From Candidatus Uhrbacteria bacterium (lineage in GTDB: Bacteria; Patescibacteriota; Patescibacteriia; GWA2-47-26), in NCBI GenBank assembly GCA_016187515.1, contig JACPJN010000006.1, forward strand, positions 856 to 64,855: a DNA stretch of 64,000 bases, given 5' to 3'. Positions 54,544-62,915 of this stretch are shown here, one piece after another. A program made the position numbers and the translations under genes. Every line of letters begins with the position of its first letter. The stretch's first letter is position 1. The notes under the pieces were generated by a model that was not told the origin of the DNA, ran no database searches, and saw only the letters and a list, made by a program, of their open reading frames with translations.

Positions 54544-55836
54544 TTACTCAATCCGCTGCACTGCCGATAAAGAAGCCAGTTTAATATCTTGATGCACGAT
54601 TTCGGTCGTCTCCACGCTGGTAAAATCCAGGGTGCGGGAGCGGTACTCCGCGTAACCCGGTTTTTCCGCCGTAATATAAAACGCGCCGCGGCCAACCAGA
54701 AACGCGTAACGTCCATGACGATCCGTAATTTGCGTATCTAAAAGTTTGTTGAATTGCCCGTCGAAAATACGGATCACGGCCAAAGCGAGCGGCCGGCCGC
54801 TTAACGCGTCAACCACGGATCCCCAGGGCCGCGGGCGTTTACCCTCGGCGATTCTTCTAAATAAACCCAGGAAACCAAGCTGTACCGCCAAGAGAACCGC
54901 AGTAGTCAGCGTTGGACGAATCGCTAATGCGGCGGCGGCAAAGACCGGCCCGCTCCAAGCCAGACCTTTTTGAACAGCGCGTAAACGCCGGCGCGCGAAA
55001 ATATTCCGAGGAGTCGTCTCGTCTTTTTGAAGCGGATCAATCGGGATGGGCCGGGCGATGGTTGTTGATTTTAGGGTCGCCTCCAAGAGCTCACCGTGAT
55101 AAAGCTCGGTAAAATCCAGGTCGGATTTTTTGTCTTGCAAAAAACCGGAGGGGAAGCTAAATCCCGGCTTCGACACTTCCATCCGATAATTGCCCGGATC
55201 AACCAGAAATAAATACCGCCCCTGCTTGTCACTCACGCGCGTCTGGGTCAGCCGCCCGGTCTGGCCGTTAAATAGCCGCACGACCGCCAAATCCACCGGC
55301 AGCTTAGTCAGGGAGGAATAGATAATCCCCCACTCTTTTCTTCGCCGCCTGGTAAACAAAAGCAGCGGTTGGGTAAAAAACCCTTGCAGATAGATAAGCA
55401 GGGTTCCGAAACCAACCGCGCCAGTGGCCACCGCGGAGGCGGCATTGGCCGCGCCAGATACCGCGATTATCGGGGAAACCAATTCTACGGCGGCTTGCTC
55501 CACCTTCGGATTATCCAGGACTCTTACAATTGCCCGGGTCGTCTGCTCCGGCACTGCCTGGGGAATAACCGGAGCAATAAAACCAGAAACCGGTTCGGAC
55601 TCATCCTCATCCAGACGCGAGGAACAATCCGGATCGTCGGGGTAATCAATCAATTGATCCCCGTCGTTATCCAGTCCATCAAAACAGTCCGGAACAGTTA
55701 CCGTAAACCGCACCGGCGCGTTAAACTGGCCAGCCGGACCGGCCTGGTCCGCCTCCTGTCCTTCTGCCGGATAAGACCACCCCGCCAAAAGCAGAAAAAC
55801 AATTACCCCCAAAAATGAGTAAACAATCTTGCGCAT
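54544..55836 (-). CDS. Membrane protein with two carboxypeptidase-regulatory-like domains and a Ca-binding-type repeat
   Basis: CFDGLDNDGDQLIDYPDDPDC; SDKQGRYLF..PGNY...SKPGF and TDRHGRYAF...G.FY...EKPGY. Confidence 0.8.
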   Translation of the reverse strand: MRKIVYSFLGVIVFLLLAGWSYPAEGQEADQAGPAGQFNAPVRFTVTVPDCFDGLDNDGDQLIDYPDDPDCSSRLDEDESEPVSGFIAPVIPQAVPEQTTRAIVRVLDNPKVEQAAVELVSPIIAVSGAANAASAVATGAVGFGTLLIYLQGFFTQPLLLFTRRRRKEWGIIYSSLTKLPVDLAVVRLFNGQTGRLTQTRVSDKQGRYLFLVDPGNYRMEVSKPGFSFPSGFLQDKKSDLDFTELYHGELLEATLKSTTIARPIPIDPLQKDETTPRNIFARRRLRAVQKGLAWSGPVFAAAALAIRPTLTTAVLLAVQLGFLGLFRRIAEGKRPRPWGSVVDALSGRPLALAVIRIFDGQFNKLLDTQITDRHGRYAFLVGRGAFYITAEKPGYAEYRSRTLDFTSVETTEIVHQDIKLASLSAVQRIE

Positions 55837-55847
55837 ATGCGATGGTT

Positions 55848-55885
55848 ACCCTCACCCCCGCCCTCTCCCATAAAGGGAGAGGGAG
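55848..55885. repeat. CCCTCTCCC-N-GGGAGAGGG palindrome
   Basis: CCCTCACCCCCGCCCTCTCCC-ATAAA-GGGAGAGGG. Confidence 0.8.
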
Positions 55886-55964
55886 TAATGGTGTTTCGTA
55901 TATCTACATTATAGCATGGCTATCTTTTTTTCCCCAAACTTTGGAATTACGAAACCCAACTTTT

Positions 55965-56050
55965 CCTCCCCTTAAGGTAAGGGGAGGCCAGGAGGGGTTA
56001 TGAGTTTCGTTCGTAACCCCCTCTCGCTCCCCCTTACCCTAAGGGGGAGA
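55965..56050. repeat. Intergenic palindromic dimer
   Basis: CCTCCCCTTA-AGG-TAAGGGGAGG..GGGGTTATGA / TCGTAACC..CTCCCCCTTA-CCC-TAAGGGGGAG. Confidence 0.9.
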
Positions 56051-56157
56051 ACTAAAAACGAGTGAGGCCGAGCACAAACAGCGGGGTGCCCGCTGGGGCA
56101 CCCCGACTGTAGTTTTTGCGCGAGTGGTCTGGGCGCTAGCGGCCCAACCCCTCACCC

Positions 56158-59100
56158 CTACTTATTGATGTACGCCTTGTAGTCCGCGGCGCCTCTCCAG
56201 GCCGAGGCCGGAATGGTCGGGTGCACGGTCTTGCCGCCAAACCGCACGGACTGTTTGATTTCATCCATATTGTATCCGCCGTAAGTATAGGCGTTTACAT
56301 AAGTGTACCACCAACTCTTGGACTGGGCCGTTTTTTGATGGAACAGCCGGTTAAACACTCCGGGCAAAACAATGTTTAGATCCTTGGATAACCCGCGGGC
56401 CAGTCCCTGCTCGGTTGAAAGCGCGCGCACGCGTGCGGCGCCATAAGCATGCGTTCCGGAACGCAGTACTTCCACAGATACGCCTTCAATTGGCGGGGTC
56501 TGGGATACGCTCGGCGCCGGCGCAGCCGCGGTAGCAGCAGCCGGGGTTGCGGCAGTAGTTCCGGTCGTAGCGGCTGGCGTTGCTGTGGTAGCCGGGGTTG
56601 CGGCGGCAGGCGCTGGAGCAGTAACCGTACTGCTCGCGGCGGCCGCAACCGCGATACTCACTTCCTCACTCAAGCGCTGGTTGTTCGAAGTATCGCGCGA
56701 CTTCAAGATATATTTGTAGGTCTTGCCGGCCGCGACTGTGCTATCCACATACTGTCTAACTCCTTTTAGGACCGGGGCGCGCATCTCGCCGGTAACCGCG
56801 GTACCATTACCGTCATTGCGCAAAATCTCAATGCGGGATAGGTCGGTATCGGTTGGATCAGTCCAGGTCAAGGTTACCGAGGTACCGTTGGAGGTCGCGC
56901 GCACATTGGTTGGCGCCCCGGGCGGAGTCAGATCGCTGGAAGAACCGGCCGTGGTGACTACTCCGCCGATAATGCCAAAGGACGAGAAGTGGCTGACCGA
57001 GGCAATCAAGAGATTGTTGGTAGTATCCACAGTGGTCGCCACGGTTTCCCAGGTCTGCGAGGAAGTATTGTAGGAAGCCAGCTGCAACTTTGCCTCGGCC
57101 ACGCCGGCGGAGGACACATCCGCGTCAGTGTAGGGCATGGTAATGGTTACCGGACTGTTGGTGTCGGATACTTTTTTGCCGTTGGCGTCTTGGGGCGTAA
57201 TGTCATAGCCATGGCCGCCGACAAAGTTCTGATCCAGGCCGGGATCAATATCTTTGAGCGTTGGATCGCTCTTCATCTCCACTTTCCCGGTTGAAGAATC
57301 CGTGGTGGAGAAAGCGTTGGTTGGCACATTGATCTCCGGAGCAGTGCCGCTAACCGCCAAATCATTAAACTTCATTAGTCCGCCGGAGGAAAGTCCAAAG
57401 GTGCCGGATCCGCTCTTCTGGGTGTACCCCGAGATTGAATTATCCAGCGCAAGCGTCGGCGCTGATCCGGAAAGCGCGCCGCCAGACACGGTTACCGTGG
57501 AAGCGGTGGATTGTTTGCCATTGTCTCCGACGGCTTTAACGGACCAGACGCCATTGGTCAGATCCAGCGAAGCATTGCCGGTGGTAGAATCAATTTTTCC
57601 GACCACGACCGAATTGCCCTTCGTGGCAATCACCGTGGCTACACCAGTATAAGCCGCGCTTGACTCTTGAACCGGAATAGTAATAATTTCACCAGCGGTC
57701 GCGGAGGTTGGCGTTAACGCCACCGCGCTCGACATCGTCAAGTTGCCGCCGGAAACGCTGGCGGTGGTGGCGGCGGACTCATATCCTTTTTTGGAGACCA
57801 TAACATTATAGACGCCTTCCGGAACGTTCGAACCGGACAAGTTGTTGTTGGTTCCGCTTTGGTTTCCGGTTACCACTTTGAATGACGACTTAGTGGTGGT
57901 ATCGGTAAAGGTTGCCGTAACGCCTTCCAGGTTGCTCGTGCCATCGGTAATCCGTCCGGCCACAGTTCGCAGAGTTGGCACGGTGGCGGTAATTGCCGTG
58001 GTACTGCCGGCCGTAAGCGTAGCGGAGGAGGAGCCCAGCGTAAGCGGGCCGGTCCGGGGACTGCCGCAACGCACCGTATAAGTTCCGGCCGGCGCCTTAA
58101 TTGTGGCCGTACCGCTTTGAATCGGAGCGCCGGAACCTAGACCGGCGGAGTCGCGCGCGTCGCAGAATCCTTCAGTCAAACCGGTCGCGGTTACCGTAAT
58201 CGTGCCCGGGTTGCCGGCAACGGTAAAGTTCTGGGTCTTGGACGTATCGCCGGACGCGAAGGTGACGGTGGCGCGTCCCAGCGGACCCACTCCGGGCGCG
58301 AAGCCATCGCAAGTCATGCTGGTTGAACCGCTCCCAGCCAGTTTTACTTTTATGGAATAGACGCCGTTGGAACCGGTCTGCCCGCCATTGCCGCCGTTTG
58401 AACCATAGCAGTTCACAAACGCGCCGGAAACATTGGATCCGGCTTTGGTGACCGTGCCGGTTACCGTGCCAAAGCCAGTCGAGGTGGCCGCGATGTTCTG
58501 ACCGGTCAGCGAAGTTCCGGCCATGGTGACGGTCTTGGTGCCGACTTCGCCGTAGGACGGCGCAAAGGCGCGAATGCACCACGTGCCGTTGGACACATAC
58601 AGCGTAAAGTTGCCGGAGGAGTCAGTGGGACTGTCCGCAAATCCGCCGGATGGCCGGGAATTGCTAAAGTCGCAAGCATCCGAGCCGGTGGTAATCGTGC
58701 GCTTCTCCGCGCTGACATGCGCGTACTGAATGCCGTTTCCGGATTCATCTTGAATCGCGCCGGAAATCGTGGTGGAGGACTTCACCATCTTTAAGGTAAC
58801 GCCGGTTACATTCACGCCTTTCACATTGGCAATCTGACGCGTGGAAGGCGGAAGTCCTGGCCCGTCCGCGCCAACTTCGTAAGTACCGTCCACGACTGCC
58901 AAGCTAAAGGTTCCGTCGGATTTGGTCTGGGCAAACGCGCCATGGCAGTCCTTAAACTCGCCGGAGGTGGCGTCAAAGCAGCCCACCGGTTCCGCATGCA
59001 CGAACACATTGGCAATGCCGTTGGAGGAGCCGTCCACCACTGTTCCGGTAATGGTGCGATTGGTGGATTGCAAGGCAAAGGTAATGGCTTTGTCCGCGTC

Positions 59101-61944
59101 CATGTTTACGATTTGCGGCTTGGGCGGCATAAAGGTAAAGGTCGGCATTGGCGGCGGACCACCGCTTCCGAACTGTTCAAAGGCCATGTGCGGACCCATC
59201 CCGCAATCATAGTTCTTATCCTGCTGAAGCTTAAGCGTGGTGGTTCCGGAGCCGTCGGCGCCCAAAGTTACGGATTTCATGGACGGCGCGGAAAATTGAA
59301 AGTCAAATCCGCCCGCGGAACAGAACACATCCACCTCGGTACTGGCTGGCCCGCCGGAGATATTAACGGTCAAGGTTTTGGCGTCGGACGCCGTCGCCAT
59401 ATTCTTATACTTGGTATCCACGTCCGTCCGGTTCGCGTTGGATAAGGTAATTGGCTGGAAAGGAGGCGAGCCGCCAACATCCGCCAGTCGGGTGGGATCC
59501 GGCGGGATATTGCAAGAGTACTCGCCCGCGGTTAAACCGGTAATGCTCCAGTCGCCGCTGGCATCCGTGGTGGCTTCTTGAAAACCCATAAAGGCGCTGC
59601 TCGCCGCACCCACCACGAAACCGCCCATTTGATTGCAGAACACCTTAACACTGGCAATTCCGGTGTCGCCTACGCCGCAGGTTCCGCCCGAGGTGGTACC
59701 CTTGCACACGGTTCCGGAAATGGAAAGCGATCCGCCTTGCTGAATGCTAAACGGCGCCGGATTAATGGTTTGACCGATTTTTACTCCGCTATTATCTTTA
59801 ACCACAATGCTTACCCGCAGATTTTCCCCTGGCGTAGTCGGGGTGGTTAGGCGATCCAGTTCAAAATGCACCATGGCGCCGTTTCCAATGGCCGCTCCCA
59901 CGGTCGTGAGCGTTATGGTTTTTGCGCCGGTATCGGTTACGGCCGTGGCGGTAACTGTTCCGCTCTCCGGCCCATTCAAGTCCGTATTCCACTGTGACAG
60001 GGTCGTTGGAACTATCCGCGCGTTGCCGTCCCCGGTGGACAAGGTAAATCCGGACGGGAAAGTCAAAAGTACGGTAGAGCTAACCGGCATGGCGCCCGGC
60101 GCCGGGAATTCACACTCCAGAGAAGTGCCTTTGTTTACCGCGACATTGCGCGGCTGACAGCGCATCGGCTTTTCCCAAAAGGTGGCCGCGGTTTGTCCGC
60201 CCATGCCGCCGAAAAAGTCGTTGCTCGCGGTCGCGCCTCCGCCCAGGAATCCGCCGGTGGTTGCCGCGTTCAAAACCTTGAAGTCCCCCCGATTATTGTT
60301 GCTGGCGGTATCCATGGCATTGCCGGCCAGATCGCGCGCGGTGGTAACGGTAATTCGGCAGGTTTGATCCTGCGGCAAACCCAAGCCGCTAATTTCCAGC
60401 TCTTTAAACTCGGAACGATAGGTAGCCGCTTTGCCGGTCAGCGCGATCGCCACCCCGGTTGGACATTCCAAGGACACATTGGAGGTATTGACATTGCCGC
60501 TCGTGATCAAATCCGCGGACCGCATGGCCTCGTTAAAGTGCACCACCGCTTTATAGTTATCCGCGTCAATATAGGACACTTTGGGACCGCCGGAGACCGG
60601 ATCAGTGGACAAGCCCGTGGTAAAGCAATTCGCGGAAGAAGTTGCCGTAACCGCATTGCCGGAAAGATCTTTTACCCCGCTTGCGCCGCCCACAATTTCA
60701 ATGCAGTACTTCGTACTCGCGGCCAGCGCGTCGCCGGTAATGGGATCCAACCCTACTTCCTTGGCAATATCATCATAGCTAATGGTGAATTTCGTCACAT
60801 CAGTCAGACGCGTGTCCCCGGCTTCGCATCCGGCAGTTCCGGCAGTGGAGTCCTGACACAGACGCACCGTGGACAAAGAAACGGTTGACGGATCCAGCGT
60901 TTCGCCAAAACGCACATCCAGCAGAAGTCCCAACGGCGAAACATTCGTGGCGCCGTCAACCGGAGTGGTCGGAGCCGAAGCGGCCAGCGCGGGCGCGGTG
61001 GAGTCCGCCGCCGCGGTTCGGAAGCGCATGCAATAATCACCCATTAAATTCTGGTTAGCGCTATTTTTAACGGCAAAGGTGTTACCGCTGCCGCGCACGC
61101 ACAAATCATATTCAATCGGCGCCGCTGTCCCGGAAGCCACTTCCAAGTTGGAAGCCGGATTAACCGTTAGCTCGCGCGTTACGGCATTCCAGCTTAACGC
61201 GCAGGTGGTGGAGTTAGTGCATACTTCGGTAGTCGGCACAAAATTTTCAATCTTTTTGATACTGATCGCGCCTTGATTATTCTGAAAGAAATTCAAGTCG
61301 CCGGCAACAGGAGTGACCGCGCCAAAATTCATATTGCCATCCGGACCAGTTGGGAACATCACGATGAGATTGCCACCGGCCGGAAAAGCTATGCCTGGAC
61401 CCGGAGTGGTGCCCATTACCCGCGGCGGAGTAGTATTGGTCCCAGCCATGACGGTTCCGGTGCGGAAAATTCGGGTTACGGCGGAAGCAAGCGCATCATT
61501 GGTGGAACTTTGCACCCCGGTTCCAATCTGAAATCGAAACGTGGTGCTGGCCGCCAGCGCCGCGTGATCACACACGATGCGGGTATTGTTATCCAAAGTT
61601 ACGGCCGTGCAAAGATTGGCCGCGGTATTGGGAGTAGCGCACGCAGTCGCGTCAGTTGCGCCGGTACAGGAATAAAGCGTGACATTGGTGGTATTGACCG
61701 TAGCGGAACTTAGATTTTCCGATCCAGTTATATCAACCAGCGCCAGGTCCGGCACAAACTCCTGACCGTTCTGCGGACCGCCGCCGGAAAGCGTTGGCAC
61801 GCCGGCGCGGCTTACTCCCGCCACGATAAACATACTGACCAACACGAGTGAGGCAATCAAAAAAAGCGTACTAAACGCACGCTTCCCACGACCTTCGGGA
61901 ATTAACGACTTAAACGACGGGACAGAAAGGATTGAATAAGACAT
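56158..61944 (-). CDS. Giant surface protein with Ig-like, carboxypeptidase-regulatory-like and FN3 domains
   Basis: 1928 aa; signal anchor; P.DGATNVS..L.V.F.E.LDP, I.GTV.D..GNGI..A.V, VSHFSSFG, PP.APTNV..VTLTWTDP; Ala/Thr/Pro linker. Confidence 0.85.
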   Translation of the reverse strand: MSYSILSVPSFKSLIPEGRGKRAFSTLFLIASLVLVSMFIVAGVSRAGVPTLSGGGPQNGQEFVPDLALVDITGSENLSSATVNTTNVTLYSCTGATDATACATPNTAANLCTAVTLDNNTRIVCDHAALAASTTFRFQIGTGVQSSTNDALASAVTRIFRTGTVMAGTNTTPPRVMGTTPGPGIAFPAGGNLIVMFPTGPDGNMNFGAVTPVAGDLNFFQNNQGAISIKKIENFVPTTEVCTNSTTCALSWNAVTRELTVNPASNLEVASGTAAPIEYDLCVRGSGNTFAVKNSANQNLMGDYCMRFRTAAADSTAPALAASAPTTPVDGATNVSPLGLLLDVRFGETLDPSTVSLSTVRLCQDSTAGTAGCEAGDTRLTDVTKFTISYDDIAKEVGLDPITGDALAASTKYCIEIVGGASGVKDLSGNAVTATSSANCFTTGLSTDPVSGGPKVSYIDADNYKAVVHFNEAMRSADLITSGNVNTSNVSLECPTGVAIALTGKAATYRSEFKELEISGLGLPQDQTCRITVTTARDLAGNAMDTASNNNRGDFKVLNAATTGGFLGGGATASNDFFGGMGGQTAATFWEKPMRCQPRNVAVNKGTSLECEFPAPGAMPVSSTVLLTFPSGFTLSTGDGNARIVPTTLSQWNTDLNGPESGTVTATAVTDTGAKTITLTTVGAAIGNGAMVHFELDRLTTPTTPGENLRVSIVVKDNSGVKIGQTINPAPFSIQQGGSLSISGTVCKGTTSGGTCGVGDTGIASVKVFCNQMGGFVVGAASSAFMGFQEATTDASGDWSITGLTAGEYSCNIPPDPTRLADVGGSPPFQPITLSNANRTDVDTKYKNMATASDAKTLTVNISGGPASTEVDVFCSAGGFDFQFSAPSMKSVTLGADGSGTTTLKLQQDKNYDCGMGPHMAFEQFGSGGPPPMPTFTFMPPKPQIVNMDADKAITFALQSTNRTITGTVVDGSSNGIANVFVHAEPVGCFDATSGEFKDCHGAFAQTKSDGTFSLAVVDGTYEVGADGPGLPPSTRQIANVKGVNVTGVTLKMVKSSTTISGAIQDESGNGIQYAHVSAEKRTITTGSDACDFSNSRPSGGFADSPTDSSGNFTLYVSNGTWCIRAFAPSYGEVGTKTVTMAGTSLTGQNIAATSTGFGTVTGTVTKAGSNVSGAFVNCYGSNGGNGGQTGSNGVYSIKVKLAGSGSTSMTCDGFAPGVGPLGRATVTFASGDTSKTQNFTVAGNPGTITVTATGLTEGFCDARDSAGLGSGAPIQSGTATIKAPAGTYTVRCGSPRTGPLTLGSSSATLTAGSTTAITATVPTLRTVAGRITDGTSNLEGVTATFTDTTTKSSFKVVTGNQSGTNNNLSGSNVPEGVYNVMVSKKGYESAATTASVSGGNLTMSSAVALTPTSATAGEIITIPVQESSAAYTGVATVIATKGNSVVVGKIDSTTGNASLDLTNGVWSVKAVGDNGKQSTASTVTVSGGALSGSAPTLALDNSISGYTQKSGSGTFGLSSGGLMKFNDLAVSGTAPEINVPTNAFSTTDSSTGKVEMKSDPTLKDIDPGLDQNFVGGHGYDITPQDANGKKVSDTNSPVTITMPYTDADVSSAGVAEAKLQLASYNTSSQTWETVATTVDTTNNLLIASVSHFSSFGIIGGVVTTAGSSSDLTPPGAPTNVRATSNGTSVTLTWTDPTDTDLSRIEILRNDGNGTAVTGEMRAPVLKGVRQYVDSTVAAGKTYKYILKSRDTSNNQRLSEEVSIAVAAAASSTVTAPAPAAATPATTATPAATTGTTAATPAAATAAAPAPSVSQTPPIEGVSVEVLRSGTHAYGAARVRALSTEQGLARGLSKDLNIVLPGVFNRLFHQKTAQSKSWWYTYVNAYTYGGYNMDEIKQSVRFGGKTVHPTIPASAWRGAADYKAYINK

Positions 61945-62128
61945 ATAACCTTAAAAAGATTAAATATTCGATTAAAACGTTATCCACAGCGTGGAAACGC
62001 CTAAATTTATATTATTCTATCACATTTTTGCACACCCTATCCAGTGCAAGATGTGGATAACCTTGGTTATTTTGGTTATTCGGCGGTCAAAAAAATAAGA
62101 CGGCGGCCTCCTTAAAAACCTTACTTAC

Positions 62129-62827
62129 TCACCAACTGATCAAAATACTGGGATTCAAAATTTCCCGATTAGTAATGACCATTTTGAGGTTATCCACCAC
62201 AATAAGCTGTTTTCCCGCTAATTGCTGGGCGGTTGGGGTAATGGCCACCTCAAATACCGCGGAATCATCACATTTCACCTCTGACATTTGACATCTGACA
62301 TTCCACCGCACCATCCGCGTTGCCGGTTCATAACTTAAACCTTGCGCTTGCGGCGCAAATCCGGTCCATTCGGCATGGGAGCCCAATTTACCCCCTACCA
62401 CAACACCGGCGCCCGCTCCCGCAACCCTCCAAAACACTTTTAGTCGGGTTTCTTCCCCAACCTTGGGCGGCCATGGTCCGCGGCCTAGTTGCTCGCCCTC
62501 CTTGGAAAAATATAAGGCCTCGGTCTCTAGATATGGTAGAGATGGCTTAATTTGTCCAGAATATAGTGGACTCTTCGTTTCACCCTCTATCTGCACCAAC
62601 TCAATCTCCCTTTCCCCTTGTGGGAAAGGGCTGGGGTAAGGGGTAATCAAATAATCTTCGGGTTTATCCACAGGCGGTGTCTTGACAAATAAAACTATGC
62701 TTATCCCCAAAAGCGCCGCCATCAACACCCCTAACCCAATTTCAAACACGCGATGCCGCCACGGCAGCTTGGTTTCGCAAATCAGATGATTAGGATCAAG
62801 CGGATCATGTTGACAAACAAATTGCAT
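62129..62827 (-). CDS. Hypothetical membrane-anchored protein
   Basis: TM helix; GEQLGRGPWPPKVGEET motif; in-frame palindrome at 62606-62644 (TPYPSPFPQGERE). Confidence 0.7.
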   Translation of the reverse strand: MQFVCQHDPLDPNHLICETKLPWRHRVFEIGLGVLMAALLGISIVLFVKTPPVDKPEDYLITPYPSPFPQGEREIELVQIEGETKSPLYSGQIKPSLPYLETEALYFSKEGEQLGRGPWPPKVGEETRLKVFWRVAGAGAGVVVGGKLGSHAEWTGFAPQAQGLSYEPATRMVRWNVRCQMSEVKCDDSAVFEVAITPTAQQLAGKQLIVVDNLKMVITNREILNPSILISW

Positions 62828-62835
62828 ATTGTTAT

Positions 62836-62915
62836 TGAGTAAATCAGGTAAAGCAAGTAAATCAGGCCCGTCAAGTTTTTGATTTACTTGTCTTGCTTGC
62901 CTCGCTTGATTTACT
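62836..62915. repeat. Inverted 9-bp tandem array
   Basis: GAGTAAATC AGGTAAAGC AAGTAAATC AGG ... TTTGATTTA CTTGTCTTG CTTGCCTCG CTTGATTTA. Confidence 0.8.

Noticed and set aside
48611..61713. Numerous plus-strand ORFs opposite the two giant surface protein genes
   Set aside because: Antisense artefacts of biased codon usage; no recognisable motifs
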